From a virus (Duplodnaviria; Caudoviricetes), in IMG/VR virus record IMGVR_UViG_3300024255_000128, positions 1-27,299 of that record: DNA of 27,299 bases; one strand, given 5' to 3'. A program made the translations under genes and the position numbers. Under the pieces are notes generated by a model. The model worked only from the letters and a program-made list of their open reading frames with translations, was not told the DNA's origin and made no database searches. Numbering within the stretch: the stretch's first letter is position 1; each line of letters starts with the position of its first letter. Positions 1-9,442 of the stretch are shown here, piece after piece.

Positions 1-119
1 TGATAGCGAACCAGCTTACTGAAAAGCAAGCGTCAGAGTTACTTCACAAATCAGGACTGATTAAGTTAAAGGAGAATAAATGGAAGGAACCTTCTGGAGC
101 AATCTTAACAATTAATTGA
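1..119 (+). CDS. 3' end of an unidentified gene (truncated by window edge)
   Basis: Frame 3 is open from base 3 (IANQLTEKQASELLHKSGLIKLKENKWKEPSGAILTIN) to TGA at 117-119. Confidence 0.55.
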   Translation, partial: IANQLTEKQASELLHKSGLIKLKENKWKEPSGAILTIN

Positions 120-145
120 AACTATTAATTATTATACAATATAAA
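118..145 (+). promoter_or_regulatory. Putative phage promoter GAAAC-N17-TATAAA
   Basis: Same motif and exact 17-nt spacer recur at five other sites; upstream of the SSB gene. Confidence 0.65.
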
Positions 146-171
146 GAACCGAAAGGACATTAAAGTAATTT

Positions 172-204
172 CAAACTAAACAATTTTAACAAACTAAACA
201 ATTT
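172..204 (+). repeat. 15-bp direct repeat CAAACTAAACAATTT x2 in SSB leader
   Basis: Identical copies at 172-186 and 190-204, just before the ATG at 211. Confidence 0.8.
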
Positions 205-210
205 AAAGGT

Positions 211-1140
211 ATGAGCGATTCATTTGACATTTTTAACTTGGGCGTAGAAGACGTAGAAACTCACCAAGTACAAACAAGTAATTCTTCTAACGAAGTTTAC
301 AAACCAACAGCCGATGACGGCAAAGACGGAACTTACAAAGCACTAATACGCTTCGTTCCAAATCCAGAGAATCCAAGAAATTCTCTAATTCAAAAATACG
401 TACACTGGTTAACTAATTCTAGTGGTGACGGAAAATTGGTAGATTCACCATCTTCTATAGGTGAAAAGTGCCCAATTGCAGATGTATTCTGGAAACTGAG
501 AAAATCAGATTCAGCAGTAGATCGCAAGTCATCAGAGAAATTAAAGAGACGTCAGCAGTACTATTCTTTAATTAAGATCGTAAAAGATCCACAAAATCCA
601 GAATTAGAAGGTACTTATAAAGTATTCAAATTCGGTTACAAGATCAAAGAAAAAATCGATGCTGAGCTTAAGCCAGATTTCGGTGAACCAACACAAGTAT
701 TTGACTTGTTTGAAGGTAAGAACTTCGAATTAATCATTACTCGTCAAGGTGAATATAATAACTATGACAAATCTAAGTTTTCTGCTAGTACTTCTGCAAT
801 CTTAATGGGCGATGCTCCTGCAGAAAGAAACAAAGAGACAATGACTGCAATTAAAGCTGAGCTTGAAAATGCACCATCTCTTGTAAACTATGACTATAAG
901 GCATGGGACGAAGATACTAGAGCATTTGTAAATGATGTATTAAGAATGTACTTAAACCCTGGAGATTCTATCTCTGCGATGACAAGTAGTTCTACATCTA
1001 CACCAAGGAAAGCAACTACAAGTGCAACAGCAACAACTGTAGTTGAAGCAGAGGCACCTGCAAAGACAGAATCAAAACCAGCTGCAGCAGTTAGTACAGA
1101 TGACGATCTTGATTCTTTCTTGAATGACCTCGACATCTAA
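211..1140 (+). CDS. 32: Single-stranded DNA-binding protein, T4 gp32-like
   Basis: Motifs ALIRFVP, KDPQNPELEG-x-KVFKFG-x-KI, FDLFEGKNF and NYDKSKF; Ser/Thr/Ala linker; acidic tail DDDLDSFLNDLDI. Confidence 0.92.
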   Translation: MSDSFDIFNLGVEDVETHQVQTSNSSNEVYKPTADDGKDGTYKALIRFVPNPENPRNSLIQKYVHWLTNSSGDGKLVDSPSSIGEKCPIADVFWKLRKSDSAVDRKSSEKLKRRQQYYSLIKIVKDPQNPELEGTYKVFKFGYKIKEKIDAELKPDFGEPTQVFDLFEGKNFELIITRQGEYNNYDKSKFSASTSAILMGDAPAERNKETMTAIKAELENAPSLVNYDYKAWDEDTRAFVNDVLRMYLNPGDSISAMTSSSTSTPRKATTSATATTVVEAEAPAKTESKPAAAVSTDDDLDSFLNDLDI

Positions 1141-2206
1141 TAGTAACATAGAGCTAACACAAGAGCTAAAGGAAAGAATAGAGTATGCGCTTATACAAGT
1201 AACTACTCAGCAACATTCTAATCCTAACAAGCAATCACTAAAGAGCATGCATGGGCGAATAACCCTTGCATGCCCTTATTGTGGTGATTCGCACAAAGAT
1301 GATACTGCTAAACGTGGTAACATATTCTGGGACACATTGCAATATCATTGCTACAATTGTAATCACCATACAAATTTACATACGTTTTTAAAAGATCATG
1401 ACATAACGCTAGCACAAAAAGGTGATTCGTTTACTGTGATTGATTACATTCAACAAAACAAGTTACAGGTAAGAACTGAAAATGTGCTTAAACCTACTTT
1501 GTTTGAAGATGTACAAAAACATGCAATAGACATTGATCTATTCAAATCAAAATTTAAAGCCAAGTCTATTGAACCTGGAGAATGGATATGGTTTCAACTC
1601 AAAGATAGATTATTACATAAGAGATCAGATGAATTCTTGTATTCTGCAAAAGAACATCGTTTATGGATTTTAAACCTAAGTAGAGATAATAAAATTATAG
1701 GTGCACAAACTAGAAGAATGAAAGGATATGGACAAAGATACCTTTCATATGATCTGCCTAAGTTATATGAAGAAATGGGACAGCCGCTACAAGTAAGTGA
1801 AGCTGAATCTAATTCGTTAGCAAAGATCTCTACTCTTTTTGGCATCATGACCGTTACGTTTACAAGACCTGTAACAATGTTTGAAGGTCCATTAGATGCT
1901 AAGTTTATGACAAATTCTCTAGCGCTGGCAACAGCCGGAAGATCTACTGAAGAGTTTGACGAGATAGAAACGGTAAGATATATGTTTGATAACGATGATA
2001 CTGGTAGGAAAAAGATGATAGAGAAATTAAAGAAGGGTAGACCGGTCTTCATGTGGTCTAAATTTCTAAAGGACAGTAATTTAGATACATATAATATCAA
2101 AGATCTTAATGATTTGATGATTAAATGTTTTGAACTAAAGTCTAGCGCTTTTAAGAATATAAACAATTATTTTACATCAAGTCAATTAGACCTATGGTAC
2201 ATTTAG
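1124..2206 (+). CDS. 61: DNA primase, T4 gp61-like
   Basis: Zn-binding CPYCGDS...CYNC; TOPRIM motifs FEGPLDA and FDNDDTG; KDLND. Confidence 0.9.
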   Translation: MTSTSNSNIELTQELKERIEYALIQVTTQQHSNPNKQSLKSMHGRITLACPYCGDSHKDDTAKRGNIFWDTLQYHCYNCNHHTNLHTFLKDHDITLAQKGDSFTVIDYIQQNKLQVRTENVLKPTLFEDVQKHAIDIDLFKSKFKAKSIEPGEWIWFQLKDRLLHKRSDEFLYSAKEHRLWILNLSRDNKIIGAQTRRMKGYGQRYLSYDLPKLYEEMGQPLQVSEAESNSLAKISTLFGIMTVTFTRPVTMFEGPLDAKFMTNSLALATAGRSTEEFDEIETVRYMFDNDDTGRKKMIEKLKKGRPVFMWSKFLKDSNLDTYNIKDLNDLMIKCFELKSSAFKNINNYFTSSQLDLWYI

Positions 2207-2421
2207 AAGAATTAACATTTATGGTTGAAGAAAACCTAGAAGATTTTTATAACGACAGAGACCGATTTAAAGGGCATAGACTACTCATAGACTTTGAGGC
2301 AGTAGAAATTCCTGATGAGCCGAATACACCTGATATTGAGTTTAGTAAGCCTAAATTTAAGAAAAGACAAACAACTTCCAAGCACATCAAACCAGATCCT
2401 AACAAAAAATCACTATTTTAA
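2194..2421 (+). CDS. Small hypothetical protein ending in KKSLF (start may be 2221)
   Basis: Fills the gap between primase and UvsY with tight coupling; no recognisable family. Confidence 0.65.
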   Translation: MVHLEELTFMVEENLEDFYNDRDRFKGHRLLIDFEAVEIPDEPNTPDIEFSKPKFKKRQTTSKHIKPDPNKKSLF

Positions 2422-2850
2422 ATGAGCACCAATAAAGAAAAAATATTAGCACTAGACGAAAGATTAAGTTCTCAAAGAACAAGCTGGTCAAAGAATATAA
2501 AAGATCTTGCTCAAGCACTTAGAGATATTAATGCTATGGAATCAACTATTTCAGGCGTGTTATCTTCAAGACAAACTATGGTAGAACAAATAGCATATTT
2601 GAATACCAAGGTAAGAGAGCAAAAAAACAATATAAATTCCAGGTGGAGAGAATCATATATCAAATATTTTGAGTATGACTACAAGCTTGGTGAGAAACAA
2701 AAAGAACGTTTTATTGAAAACGATCTAGTACAAGAACATACAAAATTATCCCTTTTAGAAAATCAATTAGATTTTATGAAAGAATCGGTAAAAACCCTAG
2801 ATAATATGGGATTTGCCATTAGAAACAGGTTGGCACTTAAAGACCTGTAA
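2422..2850 (+). CDS. uvsY: Recombination mediator, UvsY-like
   Basis: 142-aa helical protein. The C-terminal LDFMKESVKTLDNMGFAIRN resembles T4 UvsY as recalled. Adjacent to uvsW. Confidence 0.75.
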   Translation: MSTNKEKILALDERLSSQRTSWSKNIKDLAQALRDINAMESTISGVLSSRQTMVEQIAYLNTKVREQKNNINSRWRESYIKYFEYDYKLGEKQKERFIENDLVQEHTKLSLLENQLDFMKESVKTLDNMGFAIRNRLALKDL

Positions 2851-2875
2851 CTATAAATAAAAAGTCCCATTAAAT

Positions 2876-4384
2876 GTGGAACTTAGTTTAACAGAAAATA
2901 GACAGTTGCTGCGTATTGACGACGCAACTGAAATGGAGCTAGAACAACTTAATATTTCGCTTAACAAGAGAATTGAATCATGGAGATTTAATCCACTAGT
3001 TAAGAAGGGATTATGGGACGGTTACATATCATATATAAAGGATGACAAATGGATTCCGTCTGGTCTATGGAGAGAAGTCATGACTATCTGTAAAGAATAC
3101 GGATATGAACTTAAATTAAATGGCATAACTGTCTTATTTGACACTGAAATAAACCAGGAAGAGTTTACAGAGTGGGCCTTGAAATTCTTTGACAAATCAG
3201 AAATAACACCACGCGACTATCAAATAGAAGCAGCGTATAACATCCTTAAATTTAGAAAATGTTTATCAGAGCTTGCAACTTCTGCAGGTAAAACATTAAT
3301 ATCATTCTTAACAGTAGCATATCAACTAGAGAAAAAGAAATCAGAAAGAATTCTTTTTATTGTACCTAATGTTTCACTTGTTGTACAAGCTAGTGAAGAT
3401 TTCTTAGATTATAATTATAGGAATGCAGTAGATATAAAGGTACAACAAATCTATTCAGGTCAAAAGATTAGAGCTGGTAGAAATGTAGTAATTGGTACTT
3501 ATCAATCACTTGTTAAAAAGAATAAAGAGTATTTTGAACAGTTTGACGCAGTGATCATTGATGAAACACATAAAGCTAAATCAACTTCAATTAAAACAAT
3601 CTTACAAAAGTGCGTAAACGCTACTTATAGATATGGATTATCAGGTACCATTCCTAAAGCGGGTACTATAGATAGGCTTACTTTAATGGCATACACTGGA
3701 CCACTAATTACAGAGGTTTCTGCAAATTTCCTACAAAACGAAGGACACATCGCAAAATGTAAAGTTAAAGTAATTAAAATGGATTATGCTCCTCAATCTA
3801 CAAAGGACGCATTTAGAGAAATGTCACAAAATAGGTATGAAAGTAAAGATGTATTCAAATTTGAGCAAAACTATGTTATTAATTCCGAAGGGCGTCTTAA
3901 CTTCATTTCAAACATTATATCCAGAGTACGAGGTAATAGTCTTGTTCTTTTCCATAGGATCGAACATGGCAAAAAATTATATGCTAAACTTAGGCAAGAG
4001 AGTGACAAGACAATATACTATGTTGATGGTGGAACTGAAACCTCAATTAGAGAAGAATACAAAAAGAAAATGGAAGCAAACGCAGATGTAGTTATTGTTG
4101 CATCATACGGTACATTCTCAACAGGTATTTCTATTAAAAGAATACACAATATTTTCTTTACGGAATCTTTTAAATCAGAGGTTGTAATTAGGCAGTCTAT
4201 TGGTCGTGGATTAAGACAACACAGCTCAAAGGACAGTGTAAATATTATAGATTTCGTAGATGATTTATCATCACCGGATTGGGATAATTACCTTATGAGA
4301 CATGCTAAAGCAAGGCAAATTATCTATAAAGAACAGAAGTTTGTATACGACATAAAAAATGTGTCGTTTGAAGGAGATATATAA
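2876..4384 (+). CDS. uvsW: SF2 DNA helicase, UvsW-like (GTG start)
   Basis: PRDYQ, Walker A ATSAGKT, DETH, GLSGT, SYGTFSTGISI, QSIGRGLR. Confidence 0.93.
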   Translation: MELSLTENRQLLRIDDATEMELEQLNISLNKRIESWRFNPLVKKGLWDGYISYIKDDKWIPSGLWREVMTICKEYGYELKLNGITVLFDTEINQEEFTEWALKFFDKSEITPRDYQIEAAYNILKFRKCLSELATSAGKTLISFLTVAYQLEKKKSERILFIVPNVSLVVQASEDFLDYNYRNAVDIKVQQIYSGQKIRAGRNVVIGTYQSLVKKNKEYFEQFDAVIIDETHKAKSTSIKTILQKCVNATYRYGLSGTIPKAGTIDRLTLMAYTGPLITEVSANFLQNEGHIAKCKVKVIKMDYAPQSTKDAFREMSQNRYESKDVFKFEQNYVINSEGRLNFISNIISRVRGNSLVLFHRIEHGKKLYAKLRQESDKTIYYVDGGTETSIREEYKKKMEANADVVIVASYGTFSTGISIKRIHNIFFTESFKSEVVIRQSIGRGLRQHSSKDSVNIIDFVDDLSSPDWDNYLMRHAKARQIIYKEQKFVYDIKNVSFEGDI

Positions 4385-4417
4385 TAAAATAATCATAATG
4401 AAACAAATACAACCATA

Positions 4418-6235
4418 ATGGAAAAACTACAATCATTTGAGCAGTTTGCAAAAATAAAAGTTGACAACGACAAGGCTCAAGTACAAGAAGAACAGAACGC
4501 AAAAAGAGAATCTGAGGCGCATACGTTTAAGACTTTGTTAGCAGAGTTTGATGTTACTTCTGTCAAAGAACTATCAGAAGAGCAAAAAAACAAATTCTTT
4601 ACTCAATTAAGAGGCGTTGAAATGAACGAAGCTTTCTTGATTATAGAAGGAACACGAGGCCAATTCGGTAGAATCGACAAAAGAGGTAATATTGAATCGG
4701 TATATACTCATTATGATTCTTATCCAGAAAACATGTTACCGCTTATCAAGAAAACATATTTAAAAGGTGGTTCACCACTAAACATGGTTCTTAAAAACGG
4801 AGATAATTCAGGCTTAGAAGCTGATCCAAGTGGAATGAACTACTATGGAGACTCTGATAACATGAAAGGTAACGTTAAAAACATTGACAGATATATTTCA
4901 ACTGCAGGTGATAAAGGCGGAGCAGAATTCATTTACCTTTTTGATGAAAAATCAGGAAAGTGGTTAATGGCAGATATTTATGCAGGTGATAAAGACTTAA
5001 AACCAGCATTTGAATCAGTGGTTAATGAATCTATTCAAGTAGAAGGTAAGAGAGATGCCAAAAAGGTTTTAACTCAATATAACCAAATATTCTTTAAGAA
5101 ATTAACTGCACTTGGTGCCGCTAACGATAAAAAGACTTTATTAGGATCTATTAAGAAATTATTCATGGATGCAATGGAAGATGCTAATTTCCACAGAGAA
5201 AGAGAAAAGTGTGCAAACGCTATTAAAGGAAATATCGGTGCAATTCCAGTAATTGTTGACGGTTTAGGTAAAATGGCAGTAAACATTGGATCAACAAGAA
5301 TTAAAGATGCATTAGAAAAAGAATATTCTAGAATTTCAAACGCAGCTGGATGGTCAGGTCAAGGTATTGCAGAAGGTACTGCATTATTCTTAGAGCAAAT
5401 CGGATTTGCTAAAATGGGACAAGATTTATTAGATAGATTTAATTCTTTCTTTGAAGGTGAAGTTAAAGATAACTTTGAGTTTAGAATGTTCGAATCTATC
5501 AAATATGCAGAGGCTGTACTAGAAGCAACTGTAGTTATGGATGCAATGGATCCAGGTTCAAATGTATTAAGAAAATTACTTAAGAAACATAAAGTTACAA
5601 TGGAAATCATTGATAACGACGGACCATCTGGATGGCCAGAAGTTGAATTAACAGGAGACAGAAAAAATCTTGAAAAGGTACTAGCAGATGAGAATGGTTG
5701 GGACGACCCAGGTTTAGCAGAATACATTGAAGAATCTAACGGAACTTATACAGCTAAAGTTAAATCTTTAAATGAAGCTAAAAATGACTTAAAGGTTGGA
5801 GATACTGGTATCGACTATAACGACAATGTTGTAGAAGTTGTAGAAATTGGTAAATTTGACAAAGTAGCAAAAAGCTTTAAAAAGCAAATGAAAGCAGATG
5901 CTGAAGATTATGGATATGAAAAATCAGCTGGTGATTTTTATCTTACTAAAAACATTGAAGCAACTGAAGGTAACGTTGGTGATTTAGCAATATATCCAGT
6001 AAAATATGATATGTCTAATTATTGGGGACTTGATCCAATTAAAGAGTCTCTAATTGCTGAAGCAGAAGTTACTTCAGATGAAGAATTTAAAGAGTATGCA
6101 TTTTCTGTATTACAAAAAGCTTTCGGAGATGATTTTGACGAAGCTAAAGCACAGGAAGTAGTTGATGGATTAATTTCTAAAAACTCAGGAGATTATGGCG
6201 CTATGGTTGGTGCTTTAAAATCATCACTAGGGTAA
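4418..6235 (+). CDS. Multidomain acidic protein, probable virion internal protein or polyprotein
   Basis: N-terminal LQSFEQF motif; several hydrophobic-x-E sites at apparent domain borders; a GTR...SVYTHYDSYP phage domain. Confidence 0.6.
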   Translation: MEKLQSFEQFAKIKVDNDKAQVQEEQNAKRESEAHTFKTLLAEFDVTSVKELSEEQKNKFFTQLRGVEMNEAFLIIEGTRGQFGRIDKRGNIESVYTHYDSYPENMLPLIKKTYLKGGSPLNMVLKNGDNSGLEADPSGMNYYGDSDNMKGNVKNIDRYISTAGDKGGAEFIYLFDEKSGKWLMADIYAGDKDLKPAFESVVNESIQVEGKRDAKKVLTQYNQIFFKKLTALGAANDKKTLLGSIKKLFMDAMEDANFHREREKCANAIKGNIGAIPVIVDGLGKMAVNIGSTRIKDALEKEYSRISNAAGWSGQGIAEGTALFLEQIGFAKMGQDLLDRFNSFFEGEVKDNFEFRMFESIKYAEAVLEATVVMDAMDPGSNVLRKLLKKHKVTMEIIDNDGPSGWPEVELTGDRKNLEKVLADENGWDDPGLAEYIEESNGTYTAKVKSLNEAKNDLKVGDTGIDYNDNVVEVVEIGKFDKVAKSFKKQMKADAEDYGYEKSAGDFYLTKNIEATEGNVGDLAIYPVKYDMSNYWGLDPIKESLIAEAEVTSDEEFKEYAFSVLQKAFGDDFDEAKAQEVVDGLISKNSGDYGAMVGALKSSLG

Positions 6236-6246
6236 AAACAATATAT

Positions 6247-6277
6247 AAACCAGGGAGCATAATACTCTCTGGTTTTT
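6247..6277 (+). terminator. Putative intrinsic terminator
   Basis: AAACCAGGGAG / CTCTCTGGTTT stem ending in a T run. Confidence 0.6.
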
Positions 6278-6290
6278 ACTTTCAAATAAT

Positions 6291-7562
6291 ATGAAAATAT
6301 ATACAACTTTTAGTACATTTATAACCGAGCGTCTTCATTTAGGAGAATCTAATCTTATATTAGAAGGTGGAGCGGCTGGACACATGTCACACCCCTTTGA
6401 TAATAGATCTTTAACATTTGGTGACTTTAAAAAGCTTATAGAATCAGGGTTAAGTGGAGAACTTAATTTTGAAGAAGATCCTACTGAAAAAACAGATGGA
6501 CAAAACTTATTCGCAACAGTAAAGGACGGCCAAACAATGTTTGCAAGGAACAAAGGTCAAATGAAAAATCCACTCGATCTACCGGGTATCATTAAGATGT
6601 TTACTGGTCACGCTTCAAAACTAGTGGAAGAAACGTATATATTTGCAGCTAAAGATTTGGCTGATGCATTACCAAGAATTAAAGATCAATCAATGTTTGC
6701 AAACGGATTAAACTTCGTTAACATGGAGTTGATATATTCTAAGAACCCTAACGTGATATACTATGACAGAGATGTTATTCAATTTCATAATATAGTTGAA
6801 ACTGATGGAGAAGGTAATCAAACAGGAACTCAAAACTTAGCCACTGAATTAGTAGGAGCTTTAAAAGAATTAAAGAAAGATGTTCAAGATACATTTACTA
6901 TAATTCCGCCACAGGTATTAAAGATTGCCAAGGATATTAACTTTGAAGCCAATAAAGTAAAATTCATTAAACAAGTAGAAGCATTAAAGAATCGTTATAA
7001 TTTAACAGATGCAGACGAAGTATCTCGATATCACGAAATGTGGTGGAGAGAAACAATAGACACAAATTTCCCTGATCTAGAACAAAATCACAAAGAAGGT
7101 TTATTATTAAGATGGGCATATGGTGACAAGAAGACATTAAACTTAAGGTCATTAGACAGCGCTATCGGTAAAGATAAAGCAGCCTTAGTTAAGAAATTTG
7201 ATAAAGAAGATGTTAAAAAGAAATATAAAGAAAACATTAGACCTTTCGAGGATTTATTCTTAGAACTAGGATCAGTTATTCTTAAAAATGCAAGTAATTT
7301 TGTAGCAGCATCACCAGATAAAGAAATGCAAAGGTTACACAATCAAATTAGAACTGAAGCAGATAAAATTAAAAAATCTGGAGGCGTTGATCAAATCAAA
7401 AAGGTAGAAGCTGAGCTTGCAAGATTAGAAAGAATAGGTGGAATAGAATCTATTATACCAACTGAAGGATTAGTCTTTAAATATAAAGGACATACTTACA
7501 AATTAACAGGTACCTTTGCTGCTATTAATCAGCTTATGGGTATCATAAAATACGGAAGATAA
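6291..7562 (+). CDS. Conserved T4-like phage protein with ligase/capping-type KxDG motif (DUF6267-like)
   Basis: EGGAAGHMSHPFD, TEKTDGQN (motif I-like), EGLVFK...YKL (motifs IV/V-like). Confidence 0.65.
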   Translation: MKIYTTFSTFITERLHLGESNLILEGGAAGHMSHPFDNRSLTFGDFKKLIESGLSGELNFEEDPTEKTDGQNLFATVKDGQTMFARNKGQMKNPLDLPGIIKMFTGHASKLVEETYIFAAKDLADALPRIKDQSMFANGLNFVNMELIYSKNPNVIYYDRDVIQFHNIVETDGEGNQTGTQNLATELVGALKELKKDVQDTFTIIPPQVLKIAKDINFEANKVKFIKQVEALKNRYNLTDADEVSRYHEMWWRETIDTNFPDLEQNHKEGLLLRWAYGDKKTLNLRSLDSAIGKDKAALVKKFDKEDVKKKYKENIRPFEDLFLELGSVILKNASNFVAASPDKEMQRLHNQIRTEADKIKKSGGVDQIKKVEAELARLERIGGIESIIPTEGLVFKYKGHTYKLTGTFAAINQLMGIIKYGR

Positions 7563-9406
7563 TGGCACTACAAAACCTAAAAACATATTTTGAATCTAGT
7601 AACGTTAATGACTTTAGAGAGTTATTAACTTCTACATGTGTTGTAACAGAAAAAGTACAAGCTTCTAGCTTTCATGTAAGAAGAGAAGACGCTGGTAAAT
7701 TTGAGTTCTTTAAAAGTGGTTCAAAAAGGTCGATGGATAAAGTAGATAGAACACTTGTTAAGTATTATGAAAATGCAATAAATCATTTCAAAACTATTTC
7801 AGATGCAGCAAAGAATGAAATGCCAAACGACTGGAAATTTGGATTTGATTACATGACAGATAAAAAAACGATAGACATCGAATATGATCTGCTTCCAAAG
7901 AACAATCTAATATTAACACATATACAAGTACTTAATGCCGCAGATCCTACTAGAGTTAAAAAAGTAATTAGAGATCCTAAGATTCTTCAGAAATGGGCAG
8001 CTAAATTAGAAGTACAAGAAATATCTATTTTATTTGAGGGTCAATTAGCCTCTAATCAAAAAGACGATTTAATAGATTTGCTTTCTTTAGGCGAATCTGA
8101 ATTCAAAATCAAATTCGAATCACAGTCATTTACTAGGGCAATATACAACATATTTGATAACGGTAGAAACAAATCTGCATTAAATTTAGATCTAGACAAA
8201 GAAATAGACGCATTAGTTATAAATGTATATGAAGGTAGAAATCCTAAAAGTTTTAAATTAGAAAGATTTGATAGGATTGCACCAGAGCCTAGAAAACCAT
8301 CAGACATGTATCAAATATCAATTTTAGATCTTGTTGAGTTTTTAACAGAGTTTGATATATCAGACATTGAGTTAAAGGAAGAGGATGCAGATCTAAGATA
8401 TGTAGAACTAATGTCATCTATATTTAATGCATATGTAGAGAAACACGCTACTAAATACGTAGGTGCTGATTTTGATTCAGCAGATTTTGCAGAAGGTGAA
8501 AACTTTGAACTTAATACAGCATATATGTCTAATGAGAAAACGATTTCATTAGTACAAAATAAAGTGTTATCAGAATTATTTAAAATAGCACTAGGTTCTT
8601 TTAGAAAAAAGAGAAACAAAGAAACTACTATTATAAATGCAGACCTTATGTCTCAAATTAATAGTATAGTTGAAGAAATAGAAACTATTGTAATGGGAAA
8701 AACAAACGAAAAAGATGTTATGGATTTTACTAGATATTTATTGAATCAGAAATTATCAGGTGACGTAAGTCCAATAATGGAAGGATTAACAGTTGACTAC
8801 CCAGATCAAGGCAAGAAATTAGTAAACATGTTCGTTGGACGTTTTCAGCCATTCACATTAGGTCACGCTAAAGTAATAGATACAATTAGTAAACAAAACG
8901 GCCATCCTGTTGTAGTGTTATTGATCAAATCAAAAACTAGGAAAAAAGAGGATGCATTCAAAAGACCTTATGATGAGGAAACTCAATTAGCAATGCTTAA
9001 CAAACTAAAGTCTAAATATCCAATAGAAAAAGTCTATATCTTGGATAGAGCAGCTATCGATTACATGTTTAACGCAATGAGAGGTGACGGTTATGAACCA
9101 GTACTTTGGGGAACAGGAACTGACAGGATGAAAAACTACGGATTTCAAGTTGATAAACCAGAATATAGAGAATCATTAAACTGTAGAGAAGATTTCGGTT
9201 TATTTGAAATTCCTAGATCAGGTAAAAATATTTCAGCTACACAAGTTAGAAACGCAATGTTAGACGGAGATGAGAAGACATTTAAAAAATTAACACCTAA
9301 GCCAATTCATGGAATGTATGATGAGCTAAGAACTAAATTAGAAGTTTCAATGGGTGTTGCAGAGTCTAAATTCATGACATTTGAACAGTTTGTCAAGAAA
9401 GACTAA
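7562..9406 (+). CDS. Fusion of degenerate ligase-like N-terminal domain and C-terminal HIGH-family (cytidylyl/NMN adenylyl) nucleotidyltransferase
   Basis: C-terminal FVGRFQPFTLGH, GTDR and ISATQVR; N-terminal VTEKVQASSF resembles a degenerate EKxDG motif. Confidence 0.72.
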   Translation: MALQNLKTYFESSNVNDFRELLTSTCVVTEKVQASSFHVRREDAGKFEFFKSGSKRSMDKVDRTLVKYYENAINHFKTISDAAKNEMPNDWKFGFDYMTDKKTIDIEYDLLPKNNLILTHIQVLNAADPTRVKKVIRDPKILQKWAAKLEVQEISILFEGQLASNQKDDLIDLLSLGESEFKIKFESQSFTRAIYNIFDNGRNKSALNLDLDKEIDALVINVYEGRNPKSFKLERFDRIAPEPRKPSDMYQISILDLVEFLTEFDISDIELKEEDADLRYVELMSSIFNAYVEKHATKYVGADFDSADFAEGENFELNTAYMSNEKTISLVQNKVLSELFKIALGSFRKKRNKETTIINADLMSQINSIVEEIETIVMGKTNEKDVMDFTRYLLNQKLSGDVSPIMEGLTVDYPDQGKKLVNMFVGRFQPFTLGHAKVIDTISKQNGHPVVVLLIKSKTRKKEDAFKRPYDEETQLAMLNKLKSKYPIEKVYILDRAAIDYMFNAMRGDGYEPVLWGTGTDRMKNYGFQVDKPEYRESLNCREDFGLFEIPRSGKNISATQVRNAMLDGDEKTFKKLTPKPIHGMYDELRTKLEVSMGVAESKFMTFEQFVKKD

Positions 9407-9442
9407 TATATAGTATAAGAATATAAAATATAAATAACAAAA

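Noticed and set aside
4400-4427. GAAAC upstream of the 4418 gene as another promoter copy
   Set aside because: No TA(T/G)AA box at the 17-nt spacing.
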